Positions 25,218-37,942 of a DNA stretch of 64,000 nt are shown one piece after another; position 1 is the first letter of the stretch, and the number at the start of each line of letters is the position of its first letter. A program made the translations under genes and the position numbers. This DNA comes from Octopus vulgaris (taxonomy: Eukaryota): the NCBI GenBank assembly GCA_951406725.2, contig OX597821.1:16616001-16680000 (forward strand), read 5' to 3'. Below the pieces are notes generated by a model. It worked only from the letters and a program-made list of their open reading frames with translations. It made no database searches and was not told where the DNA came from.

Positions 25218-27860
25218 TTAGTTAGTTAGTTAGTTAGTTAATTTGGCTCAAAAGCAAATAGCAAGGCCATGTAGGGGGACATGGAGTTAAGTACAGGGTG
25301 GTGTTCATGTAAAGAGTTCAGGCCACTTGAGGTCCAGGGAGGCTTTGAACAAAGCGGTCGTCGGCATCTTCACCATCTCGTCTGGCAGCTTGTTCCACGG
25401 ATCCGCAACCCGGACGGAGAAAGCTCCTCTCCTTCGATTGAGATGAAATCGTCGCAGGTAGAGCTTTTCGGAATGACCCCGCAGCCGACGCTCTTTGAGA
25501 GGTTACACTTCCCGCTTATGATGTTGTGGGCGAGAATGAGATCACCACGGCGGCGGCGTTTTTCAAGAGAACAAAGGTCGAGCGTCCTCAGCCTTTCTTC
25601 GTAGGACAAATTTTTGAGACCATGAACCATGCGGGTAGCCAGCCTCTGGACTCTTTCGAGGTGCTGTATGTCTTTGAGGAGATAAGGAGAAGAGGCTTGA
25701 ATCCCATACTCCAATATGGGTCTCACCAGCGTGACATAGAGTGGCAGGAATATGGCTGCTGTGAGCATTCCGAATGACCGTCGAATCAAAAACAGAATTC
25801 CGCGCGCTTTGTTGGCAGCATGGACGCACTGGGCCGAAGGCGAAAAGGAGGAATCCACCAAGATACCCAGGTCCTTTACCTGATCGGTCCTCTCCAGCAG
25901 CAGACGACCCGGCTCGAAATCAAGTTGAGTTGCAGGAGTAGAGCCGACAGGCAGATGACAGCACTTTGACACATTCAGACACAGGTCCCAATCGTTAGAC
26001 CACTTCCAAATTTGGTGGAGGCATCGACGAAGATCCTCTATACTACCGCGAGGAGCGACCAGTTTGATATCGTCGGCAAATAGAAGGGTGTGTTGCGTGA
26101 GGTCGTCGGGCAAGTCATTTATGAAGACTAAGAACAACAAGGGCCCAAGCACTGAACCTTGAGGCACGCCACTGCTCGCACTGGAGACGTCGGACCGCGA
26201 ACCATTAACTTGAACTTGGAAGGAGCGATCTGAGAGGAAGGCACCAACCCATCGTACAATATCCGGATGGAAACTATATGCTTGAAGCTTGACAAGTAGT
26301 AGGCGGTGGTTTACCGAGTCAAAAGCTTTGGCAAAGTCCAATAAAACGATGTCGACAGCATCACTATCATCGAGGATGCGCGTCACCAATTCTTCCATTA
26401 CTAGTAAGTTGGTCAAGCATGATCTCTTCGGCACGAAGCTGTGTTGGGAATCAGTGATCGAGGCTGTGTTTAGGAGGTGGAGCATCATACTTTTCTTAAG
26501 GATGTTTTCGAACATCTTGCTGATTATTGATGTAAGGGAGACCGGTCGGTAGTTAAGCGGGTCTTCGCGGCTCCCTTTCTTGAAAATTGGGCAGATTATC
26601 GCTGTTCTCCAGTCTGCAGGTATAACACCCGTCGCCAATGACATATTGAATAGTCGTGTTAAGGGCTCGCAGATGACCGGAGCCAACGCTTTGATAACCC
26701 GTGGGTGTATGCCGTCAGGGCCGTGACCCTTGTTGACATCGAGGCCTTGAATAACACGTTTGACTTGGTCCCGCGTGATGATCAATCGAAGGATTGGAGG
26801 TACCGATCTATCAAATGGAGGGGGTTCACGACCATCATCTTGTTTGAAAATAGTTGAAAAAGCCTCGGCAAATAATTGACTCTGTTGATAAGGGTCCTCA
26901 ATCGATACGCCTGTTGAGTCTACCAACGTTGTAATCTGGTTGTTCAAGCGGGAATTCCGCTGGACATGGGCAAAGAAGGTTTTTGGATTGCTACTGGCAT
27001 TTGCCGCGATTTTGTATTCATAACTGAAGCGTTCTTTCCTTTCAATTTTCACGGCTCGGTCTCGTTGAGTTTTGTACACCTCAAAAGCTGCAGTCGAATC
27101 CAGATTTTTGAATTCAGCCCAAGCAATATCTCTGAGTCGACGTTCTCGTTTAACCTTCTTCGTCACCCAGGGCTTGTGTTTCTTCCTCTTGGGAAGTCCA
27201 ACGGGAACTGCCTGGTCAGTCAAACAGATTACATATGCTTTGAGGGATGACCATAGTTCGTCAACTGAGGACAACGTCATCAGGGAACGCCAGTCCAGAA
27301 GCGCGGAAGCCTCGGTTAGAATTTCAAGATTAATTGCAGAGAAGACTCTACGTGGCAGCGAAGTAATCGTGGGCGTGGAAAAAGTTGTGTGCATGACGAA
27401 CTTCAGGACCGCATGATCACTCTTGGCAAGAGGGGCGCACACAGATACGTCTGACACTGATCTTGGATAGCGGGAGAATACCAGATCTAGCATAGATGGC
27501 TGCTGCCCAGACCGATGCCTTGTCGGATATTCAACATGTTGCGATAGAAAACAATCTTCAGCCACGTCAAGAAGGGCCTGGCCGAACCGGGAAGATGTTG
27601 TACAAATTGATGCGGGCCAATCGATCGTGGGAGCGTTGAAGTCGCCTAGTACCAAGCAGTCATGCGAAGCTGAAACGAATCTTATCGCTTCGAGTAGATG
27701 AGCATCGTCCTGGGGGTCGGCTAGAGGCGGCCTGTAATCAGCCAACACGGGCAGGCAAAACTCAGATAGGCTCAGCTTGCAATAGACGGCATCGAATTTG
27801 GTTGTAGGTTGAGCATTTGTGGGTAGAATACCGCAGGACGGTTTGTGCTCAGACTTAACA
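25218..27860 (-). mobile_element. Young 5'-truncated CR1-clade LINE (partial APE + RT)
   Basis: Long open frame with GDFN, LDL, SDH, YRPVSLTS, LDFAKAFDSV, GVPQGSVLGP, FADD. A deletion or frameshift near 25495 separates the C-terminus (RLRGHSEKL...WNKLP, stop 25305). (TAAC)n tail. Confidence 0.95.
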
Positions 27861-27973
27861 TACATATACATATATATATATATATATATATGTTTGATTA
27901 TGCAAACGGGAAATATAGAACTCAAAATATGATTACATGTGTATTTTTATTAATATTTAACACAAGCAACAGA

Positions 27974-28019
27974 ATGGTTCGTAGGCGGAGAGTTTCGTGC
28001 GTTGGCACTTATCAAACTA
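27974..28019 (-). ncRNA. Degenerate hammerhead motif, U3-A8 core variant
   Basis: tagt TTGATAA gtgc-caac-gcac GAAAC...; stem II perfect, cleavage triplet and stem I eroded. Confidence 0.55.
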
Positions 28020-28262
28020 GTTACTGATTGAAGTGTTATGGATTTATGTAACGTGTGATAATAATATTTCCCTGAAGATTTCTAGAACAAATTATAAAAA
28101 CAATTAAAATGTCACGTGGATAATTCACATTTTGCAAATGGCTAGCCACTTACGTCGTTCATTAAATAAATACACATATCATTAAATATAAATAAATAAA
28201 TAAATAAAGACAAATTTGGGCGTATTTGCACACACATTGATGATGCATATACATACATAAAT

Positions 28263-28665
28263 ATTCTTTTATTTGTTTCAGTCATTTGAGTGTGGCCATG
28301 CTGGAGCACCGCCTTTAATCGAACAAATCGACTGCAGGACTTATTCTTTGTAAGCCTAGTACTTTTTCTATATTTTGCCGAACCGCTAAGTTACGGGAAC
28401 GTAAACACACCGAGATCAGTTGTCAAGCGATGAGGGAGGGCATAAACAGAGACACATACATATATATATATATATACATATACATACATGCATATATATA
28501 TACGACGGGCTTCTTTCAGTTTCCATCTACCAAATCTACTCACACTGACAAGGCTTTGGTCGGCCAGAGGCTATAGTAGAAGACACTTGCCCAAGGTGCT
28601 ACGCACTGGAACTGGATCAGATATTATGCGGATGGTAAGCAAGCTACTTACCACATAGCCACACA
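28263..28665 (-). mobile_element. tRNA-derived SINE
   Basis: Tail gtttcagtcatttgagtgtggccatgctggagcaccgcc and family body and head. Confidence 0.92.
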
Positions 28666-28674
28666 CTCTCTAGA

Positions 28675-28870
28675 CAACGCTGTTTTTCGCTTGCAAGCAT
28701 CACTTCAATTAAATCAATGATTCAGAAAAACCCAATGAGATTGTCCGGCTGTATTCTTCGAATGAGGTATAAACGCACACCTAGGCAAATTTTTTTTATG
28801 GCGAACCTGCAGAGGGGAAACATAAGCGGTGTAAACCAAAAAAAGGTTTAAGGACGGCATAAGGACTACT
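28675..28870 (+). mobile_element. RTE-clade LINE C-terminal remnant
   Basis: Reads SIKSMIQ...RLSGCILRM...RTPRQI.FYGE..EGKHKRCKPKKRFKD, resembling the RTE LRWxGHxxRM...RxPKQxxYGE...GRPKKRxKD motif. Confidence 0.65.
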
Positions 28871-28974
28871 CCCATGATGTCACTTGGAATGGATCTGAAG
28901 GCCATGTGACCTCGTCTGTATCACTAGCGATTTTTTCCCCCATCTTCCCTTCTCGGGATCTTTCCTTCTCCCAT

Positions 28975-29009
28975 GTTTCCGACGAAGAGCTCCGCTCGAA
29001 ACGTCAAAC
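28975..29009 (+). ncRNA. Minimal hammerhead motif (U4C change) in a PLE-type terminus
   Basis: gttt CCGACGA a-gagc-tcc-gctc GAAAC GTC aaac; stems I and II intact. Confidence 0.65.
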
Positions 29010-29120
29010 CCTCCTTCTTCCCTTCTTTCCTGAACGTCCAATAATACTTTATTTGTTCCACGTCCTTGCGTTGTTGTTTTTTCGTTTTTGTTTTCTTGTT
29101 TGGATTAACTTTATATATAT

Positions 29121-29170
<50 letters not shown>

Positions 29171-29849
29171 CCAGAAATTTAGATAAGCAGAAAATAGAGG
29201 AAACTTTTGATCAACAAAAGTGACTAACTGCGGTTGATTATTTTTTAATACAAAACAAGACATGACACTTCTTACGGCCGTTTATGCTGAAAATGTCAGT
29301 CGGTGCTTATGAAAGAAATTCCGAAAATAATATTCCCTTCTTCATAGCACATTCGATCTAGTACATGAAGCTTCATCAGAGCCAATACAAATGCATAAAA
29401 TAAAATAAAATAAACGACGGGAAGAGGAAAATATAATACATACTAAGTTACATTTAGTAAACTGTAGTGGGGCTCGTTTTTTGTAACCAAGGTAGTAATT
29501 AGCAAGTGATTTAAGTTTTAATCGTTTACATGTTTGTTGTTTTTGTACTTTTGCCCTCTCGTATTCCTATGACGCAGAATACACTTAGAAACGTATAGAA
29601 TTTTACTTGTTTGTCTAGTATTACCACCACTTGGAATTTTGCTGGCTACTTAGGATGTTAGATTCTACATTATATTTCGTAGGTAACTTTCAGTATTATA
29701 CACCTCTCCTATAAATTGTCTCCCCTTAACTGTAAAAAATATTACACCCGTTTTAGCTGATATTACTTACCTTTTTATTTTATTTTATTTATGTTAGTCT
29801 GAGATGTCGTAGAAGAGCATAAGCGGTCTTGTGCCAATGTATATCACAG

Positions 29850-30640
29850 TCTTGCCCCCACACCCTTTATTTCCTGTGAAGAACTAGCAGAGGAGCTAGG
29901 ACTTGGTCATTCTCCCATTCATCGACCCCAGCGTGCCATCGGCAAAGCCAGAAAATAGGGTCAATGGGTTCCTCACAAACATGCCGAGTCTAATCTCGCG
30001 CAGAGAGTGAATATGTGCTCTTCTTTGTGGTCACGTCTCACGAACGAATGTTTTTTGGACCGAAGAGTGACTGTTGGTGAGAAATGGGCTCTCTATAAAA
30101 ATGTCAAGCGCCGAAGACTCTGGGTTGGCAGAGGAGAAACACCGGTACCCCAGGCTACAGTAAGATTTCACCCACGTATAGTGTTGTTATCTATTTGGTG
30201 TGATATGAAAGGTTTAGTCCACTTTGAACATTTAAACCCACATCAAACGATAACAAAGAAGATCTACAATAAGCAGCTTGAGAGGCTTAAGTCAGCACTA
30301 GAGGAAAAGCGACCGCTTTTAGTTTCAAGACGAAAGATGTTCTTCCATCAAGATAATGCTCGGCTACATACAGCGAGGATGACATTCCAAAGGCTGGAGC
30401 AGTTTAAATGGAAAATGATGACCCATGCACTATATTAACCAGACATTGCCCCATCTGATTATCATTTATTCCAGTTTTCAAAATCATTTGGACGGGAAAA
30501 TACGAATTCTGTAGAGGTCGTCAGAACAGTACTGGAGGAGTGTTTTTCATCACGTACAGGTAAAACTTTAAAAGAGGGCCTTGCAAGTCTACCAGATACA
30601 TGGAAGAGCATTGTAGATAATGAATGAGAGTATATTTTAA
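29850..30640 (+). mobile_element. Degenerate mariner transposase
   Basis: WVPH, FLDRRVTVGEKWALYKN, FHPRIVLLSIW, FHQDNARLH, LY*PDIAPSDYHL. Confidence 0.9.
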
Positions 30641-31045
30641 GTAAGTTAATATGTAACAGTGAAGTAGCTTTTATCATCAGGTGGGATATTGAAGGGATAT
30701 GAGTAGGCCATGATGTAAATTTCAGGAGAGAACGCAGGGCGATTGTCTCAAATTGCAATGGATTGTGCGTGCATTGACGCCCAAAACTGTGTTAACACAC
30801 TCCGATTTCTATAACTCAGATTTACTCGTTTTCGATAATCAGCGGGTAAACCGAACCTGGTTTTCTTTTAAAATAACCAGTGTCTGAACAATATTTGGAT
30901 TACGAAATATAAGTTGGAAGGAAACACTTATTCTCATGTTATTATGTTTAAAATCCTATGTGGACAACGCGTGCGAAACCTGCTGCTTCAAGACAAGGCT
31001 CTTGATAATTTTTCTGGTTTTCGTGGTAATATTATTATAAACATA

Positions 31046-31364
31046 GAAATATTAAAATTACTAAGTCTCTCTAAAAGAGATTACGGCAGCGTTACGGGAA
31101 ATTAATTGTTATCGCCATATTAATATGGCAGTCTTATAGATATAAGACTAAAGCTGTCGCTGATAAAGGGCAACTACCCTGAAACGCGTCTGTAGCTGTT
31201 TGACTGGCAGTGTGAAGCGGCTGACCTCCCTTGTTCGAAGGTTATAATGGACGCAGTTTGTGTGTCAAATAGCTAGCTTAAGGCGATGGCCTCATGGAGC
31301 TAATCAGCGACAGCTTTAGTCTTATATCTATAAGACTACCATATTAATATGGCGATAACAATTA
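31046..31364 (+). mobile_element. Non-autonomous HHR-containing mini-element with internal inverted repeat and 15-bp TSD
   Basis: attattataaacata at 31031-31045 and 31365-31379; inverted arms about 31100-31164 / 31303-31367. Confidence 0.8.
31152..31197 (+). ncRNA. Minimal hammerhead motif (C3/A8 mismatch)
   Basis: CTGATAA aggg-caacta-ccct GAAAC GC GTC tgtagct; palindromic ACGCGT stem III. Confidence 0.65.
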
Positions 31365-32100
31365 ATTATTATAAACATAATAGGCTTAAAACGTGCGAAG
31401 TCATGCTGCTTAAGCAATCTTCAAAAGTAATTAATTTAAATAATATCTTTAGTTATTACAAACAATCATTCATTTGTCAGCCCCGATAGAAGATCTGCTA
31501 CAGCTGTGCCGAAGTTAATATTGTTCATGCGCGAGACAAGTTCTCAGGAATTCAGAATTACCTGGTCTATTGAAGATAATGTTCAGCCATCTAGGAACGC
31601 GAGTTGTAAATCAAAAATGGGCTGTTACATAGATTGAAGCGAAAAATTGAGAAATTTATTTGAAACAGTAATAGTCTGAACAAAAGCACTGAACTGCTGA
31701 CGCCTTGCATACAAGCGGCTAAGTCTCTTTTATGCAAAGACAAGCTTCTTTTAACTTTATTCTGTCTCAAAAAGCAAAAGAAGAAAAAAAACAGATGGTT
31801 TCGAAATGTTTAGTTAATAGGTTTTGCTGATATATGTTTTAATATGTGTGGATGCGTGTATATATATATGCATGCATATGTGTATAACTATAGATGAACA
31901 TATATAATTCTGTGTATATGTGTGTGTGTGCGTGTACATATATAGAGATGTATGCGCCTGATCAGGCGCATGGAAAACAAACTCCTGCATACACGTCATT
32001 GCTTAAGGAGTAACGCAATTTCATTATCTCCATAGTACGTAGTTTAAGACGTTTATAATAATATTATTACCAGAACTGCATAAGAAAATTTATGTATGCA

Positions 32101-32136
<36 letters not shown>

Positions 32137-32234
32137 GAGAGAGGGGTGAGAGGGGAGAGACAGAGAGAGAAATAGCGTGTTTTAAATCTCTGGGCGTGAG
32201 ATATAGAGTAACAGTACCGAATCGTAATGTTTAT

Positions 32235-32332
32235 ATGTCAACAGAGTGTGGTAGTCCTCTAAAGAACGATGTTACTGTTGTTTTAGACCCTGTAATATCG
32301 TCCTTTAGAGGACTGCCACATTCTTTTGTCAT
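32235..32332. repeat. 98-nt imperfect hairpin (about 43-bp stem)
   Basis: atgtcaacagagtgtggtagtcctctaaagaacgatgttactg pairs with ctgtaatatcgtcctttagaggactgccacattcttttgtcat. Confidence 0.85.
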
Positions 32333-33484
32333 AGGTGTTTCTTTACGCTTATAACAACGAATCTAACTACAATAGCTAAGCTCGAAGAAGCAAATATTAA
32401 CGAGACAACACCGATGAAAGAAATATATTTTCATATAAATTCTAAGTCCTTCCTCGAATTATAATTAGAAACTTACCAGCCGACGGTAGAATAAAAATCT
32501 CCGACTTACATTCAGATGTAGTTTAAAGTGTCATAACTGATTATAATGAAACGTTAGCAAGGAATGTTTTTTGTAAAAATTTAGTGTTTGCGGCGAGGTC
32601 AAACGTTAAACATGTAAACATCTAGGACGAATCAATGTTTCCCTTCTGAGTTTATACTACGTTTTTCCAAACATACACCAGAACAGCATCACTTCCTTCC
32701 TCTATAACATAACACTTTCTGTAAAAGTATGCTTCTAAATAGCCAAGGAACCACGATATTCGCGTGCAACTGTTGTAATGCAATTCGCATTGTAATTTGG
32801 TTTATATGATGCCCCTAATTCGACCTGATTTTGTTCCAAGGAATTCTACGAGACATCAAGCTCCGACTTAGACAGAAGCTACTCTAACAAAATACATCTT
32901 TTTTCAGGTCGACTAGAAAAACTCCCCCTCCCTGTCCTGTTTTGCCTGGGCATTTACACAACTGAAAATATTCTGCACTGTATAACCTGGAGTTTATTCT
33001 ATAAAGCATCTACCTATTTGACATGACTGTATACCACTCTATAAAAATTTCATATATTATTACAGCACAAAGAGAGACTGAAAATTCATACTGCTGACAC
33101 CAGCGTAAGATACGTATTTCTATGTAATCCCACCACAAGTTGAGTGAAACTTTGTTAAAAGTTCATTTCAAACTACAGATATACACATATTTTGCATCAA
33201 AAATATTAAGATTCAGTATTTTCCAATATATTCTACAGAAGCTAGAACACTTTTCACATGTTCAGATATTGTCTTCATCATGTGATGCAGTCAACTCAAC
33301 ATGAACGAGATTTATTAATCATCCAATTACAATGAGTGTCAACTATGGTTTGTTAATGTCTGACTACTTGAAACCACTGCATTTGAACGATTAGCGAAGT
33401 GGTTCTGCTACTAAAGCTTTCAGAAAAGCGGTTCTTGGTCTCAAACTGTTTGTAGAAATGTTTAGTCTCTTCGGCATAGGATGT

Positions 33485-33750
33485 TGTCATACATCGCTGG
33501 TCACAATGTCCTTCGCATCATTTTAACCTTCGAATGATGCCTCCCCGCTGGCTAGGGAAAAAGGCATCACTCACCCTGACCTGAAAACTATTCCGTCACA
33601 GGGTTAGGCATTTGCATCTCAGTGGGCTGGAGCAAAGTGAAATGAAGTGATTTGCTCAAAAAACAACACACATCCCGGTCCGTGAATCGAAACCACAATC
33701 TTAGAATTATGATTCTGACGCCCTAAGTACTATGCCACACGCCACCACAC
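33485..33750 (-). mobile_element. Degenerate tRNA-derived SINE, second family
   Basis: Minus-strand head ggcgtgtggcatagtacttagg...ggtttcgattc; tail shared with 48565-48680. Confidence 0.75.
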
Positions 33751-33892
33751 ACACACACGCACACGCACACACACACATGTACACACGCATACACTCACAC
33801 ACACACACACATAGACACACAGGTATGTACGATAATGTAGAGTGAACTTTTGTTTTATATATATATTTATTTATATATGTATGTGTATATGT

Positions 33893-33923
<31 letters not shown>

Positions 33924-33927
33924 CATG

Positions 33928-33964
<37 letters not shown>

Positions 33965-34009
33965 CTTTATATATATATATATATCTTTATATATACATAT
34001 ATATCATCT

Positions 34010-34070
<61 letters not shown>

Positions 34071-34216
34071 TTATATATACATATATATCATCTTTATATA
34101 TATATATATATATTTTATCTTTATATATATATATATATATATATACATATATATCATCTTTATATTATATATATATATATATTTATCTTTATATATATAT
34201 ATATATATATCTCTAT

Positions 34217-34252
<36 letters not shown>

Positions 34253-34253
34253 T

Positions 34254-34469
<216 letters not shown>

Positions 34470-34967
34470 TATATCATCTTTATATATATATATATATATA
34501 TATATAACTTTATATATATATATATTACAGACTCTACATTATCGTTAGACAGGTATATTTATGGATATATATGAGAAAAAATACGATGAACGACTGGTGG
34601 AAATTTGACTCTTTCGCAAATCAAAACATTCGCTGCCAGCGTGTACTAAATATTTAAAGACATGAGACAGCAACGTGTGAATGGAGAAAATGTGAATACG
34701 TTCTCGTGCTTACACTTAATTAGATTATATTCAGCTTTAAGCAGCTTCCTCTCTCCGCAGGATGAGATAGGGCCTGTTACTATGTCGACGTTAACCATCT
34801 GAAAGTATTCGGACAATTCTCGCGTTGCTCCTGCCGAGAGAACTGTGCGATTTAACCATAGGGTGTAAATGTGCAGTGAAGCTGAATGTGCGTTTTGTAA
34901 ACTTATACAAGTAAACTACTTGAACACACGTGTGTGTAATACGAGTACATATATCATTTATTTATCT

Positions 34968-34970
34968 AAC

Positions 34971-35060
<90 letters not shown>
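34968..35060. repeat. (GATA)n tetranucleotide microsatellite
   Basis: Directly visible. Confidence 0.99.
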
Positions 35061-35061
<1 letters not shown>

Positions 35062-35668
35062 CTTTCTTTTATTAGCCACACAGGGCTGCACACAGATGGG
35101 ACAAGTTACAAGGTAGAGCTTTTCTTTTGGGGAAAAAAAAAGGTGGCGTAGGTTTTCGATCAAAAGGGATCATAAAAGGGAAAAAAAGGGAAATGGACCA
35201 AAAGAAAAGAAAAATGAAAAAGGAAGAAAAAAGAGGAAAAAAAGGGGAAGATAGATAGATATAGGCGTATACATAGATATGAAATGACATATGTATATAC
35301 ATATGGTATAGAGAGACATGCAGTCATAAATAGATACTAAATAACATCAGATATACTGTATATGGTAATGCAGACCTTTTGTGAGTTAGTTACTCACCAT
35401 GAAAAATAAATGTATGAATTCACCGTTCTATGAATGCTACATTAGTTGTTTAATTGTGACGCTTCTTCTAAAATATTAATCATCTTATTTGCATTATTTA
35501 TAATTGACGGATAATACGAAGACTAAAAGAAGCAGCACATATGCTAGGACACAACAACCTCCTAAGCAGATCAAGTGCAGATATGAACAGCATATAGGAA
35601 CCCCTATTAAGGAAGGATAAGAGAATATTAGATTTAAAAGTCCTAAAATTCATTCCATAATTGCCCAC

Positions 35669-35735
35669 GGGCATATATCATAGTGGTTACGAGCTCAGGC
35701 TACTATCCCCAATGTTCCTAGTTCGATTCCAGGCA
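35669..35735 (+). promoter_or_regulatory. tRNA-like Pol III internal promoter
   Basis: A-box-like tatcatagtggtta; B-box agttcgattcc (35720-35730) within T-stem cctag/ccagg. Confidence 0.6.
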
Positions 35736-35825
35736 GTAACATGAATAATAATTACAACAACAACAACAACAACAACATTGAAAAGTACCTTAGGAATGAG
35801 TACCCAGGTTCGAAATTTCCCCAAG

Positions 35826-35870
35826 ACACCTGATGAAGGCTGGAGGGTGTATAGGGCCGAAATGTTGAGT
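35826..35870 (+). ncRNA. Minimal hammerhead motif
   Basis: acac CTGATGA a-ggc...gcc GAAA TGT T gagt. Confidence 0.7.
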
Positions 35871-36038
35871 TAATAAAAAACAAGATGAGGACAAATATCC
35901 GTCAATTGTGAACAATACACAAAATTCGTCATCTCTTAAATATAGAACTGTATTGGTCACCTTGTCATCTGTGTTGTGGCCACGAAAAGTTATTCCTGCA
36001 ATTTCTTATATTTTAAAGTCAGCCTTTTTTATTTTCAG

Positions 36039-36118
36039 TGGGTTGAAGCCGTTAGTTTATACTTGACATTCGAAGTAGGAATTCGAGTCGATTTTGAAAA
36101 GGTACAGTTAAACAACAG
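36039..36118 (+). other. Candidate 80-nt internal exon
   Basis: ttttttattttcag acceptor and CAG|GTAAGT donor; open in frame 0 (WVEAVSLYLTFEVGIRVDFEKVQLNN); no recognisable homology. Confidence 0.3.
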
Positions 36119-37762
36119 GTAAGTTTCTGCATGCTGTTAATGATTACGAGATATCCTATGTATAAGAAACACTGGTCATGGTTTTGCAGTTTGAAAACAG
36201 TCCCTATGGGGGGCTTTATGGGGGGTGGGGGGACTGAATATTACATTTTTCATGTAAGAAGAGACATTTGCTAACGGGCTATATCAATGCTTCACGTTAA
36301 AGATGTTTAACTCCTCTTGGAAAATATTATCAATACCTAGTGACTGTCTATTTTTAGACTGTTATTGAATGTCTGTAGTTGTTGCGAAGACGAAACTTCA
36401 ATTATTATGTGAATGCACTCTATTTCTGCAAAGTGTTACGGATCATGGTGTATCATTGTATGTGGATGATAACGGAATACATGTAAGTGGAATACACAGC
36501 TAATTAAATTGTAATTAAATCATCGATGGAGCAATTGCTATGGTGAGTCGATATAAAATAAATTTAGTCACAACTAAATAAGTAGTAATTTTTTATGATC
36601 TGCGAACAGGCTGCCTTCTCAGGATCATCAAGTTTAAGATTGTTTACTTATTAGTTGACATTATTCCACTTGTTATCAGGAATGACGTAGCAAACAAGGT
36701 GGAAAAACAACAGCCATTGTTTGATGAAATAAAAATTCAGATTTTCAACGAAGACGATTTTTTAAAACGAGCAAAATATCTTATAAAAGTCTCATGGAGT
36801 AGCCGTATATATTATATACATTCAAACGTGAAAAGTAAGAGTTAAAATTATTCCACCAGATATGAATAACGAACCCTAAGAGCGTTTGTGAAAGAGGTCG
36901 TTTTCAATCTGCAACTAATTTGGCTGATTTGGCGAAAGTGACGCGAAAGTGAAACAGAGACGTAGTATCTAGCCCACTTCCAGTAGTGGTTGAAGAATTC
37001 CAAACAATGAGGCAACCTTAATTTCGAAGATTTAAGAAATAACACTTTCTAATTTCCACAAAACTTTTGCGGGAGAGCGAAGTTTTATACATCGACCCCA
37101 CTTCCCAAATGAGGCTTATTTTCTCAATACCGAAATGTAGAGTAGCAGAGTCGACAGCGTCGGCATATGAACTCAGAACATAAATAGTCGGAAGAAATGC
37201 TACTAATAATTTTATCCGGCGGAGTAACGATTCTGGCAACTTGCCACCCAGCTCTGCATAAATGGCTGGAAATATCTGAAGTAGACACACGAACTAATAC
37301 AATAAATACCCACGTAATTGTCGATGTGATACATCTAATCAAGACAAATTTCACCTATATGAAGTCAACACCTGCCCCGGAAATGATCAATCGATCTGTT
37401 CGTCTTACATTTAAGATATCTTCCTTTCATATCTCATTTCAGTCTCACTATCCATCTAATTTTCTCATTTCTACTTTCCACAATGACATCGCATCTTTTC
37501 GAGATTATATGAAGACGACAATATAAATATAATTACTTTTACAAATGTGTGAATGCATATTTGCATTAGTTGGCATCTATGAAAATGTATAGCTGTCTAA
37601 CCACATATGAATATTCATGTACAACGGTATATAATACACATACATACGCATCAATCTATCTATCGATCTCTCGCTTTATATATATATATACATATATATT
37701 TATGAATCTATTTACCTATATGTCTAACTGTCAATCTCTGTCTCTCTCTGTCTCTCTCTCTG

Positions 37763-37827
<65 letters not shown>

Positions 37828-37884
37828 ATATATATGTACTTATATACATATATGTATATATATAAATATATATGTGTGTGTGTG

Positions 37885-37942
<58 letters not shown>

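Larger units (their letters stand above)
35511..35950 (+). mobile_element. Penelope-like 3' end: ORF C-terminus, tRNA-like module and HHR
   Basis: IIRRLKEAAHMLGHNNLLSRSSADMNSI*EPLLRK resembles a PLE endonuclease C-terminus; then A/B-box segment, (CAA)n and HHR. Confidence 0.7.

Noticed and set aside
35669-35740. Functional tRNA gene (also the SINE heads)
   Set aside because: Acceptor and anticodon stems do not pair properly; these are tRNA-derived segments only.
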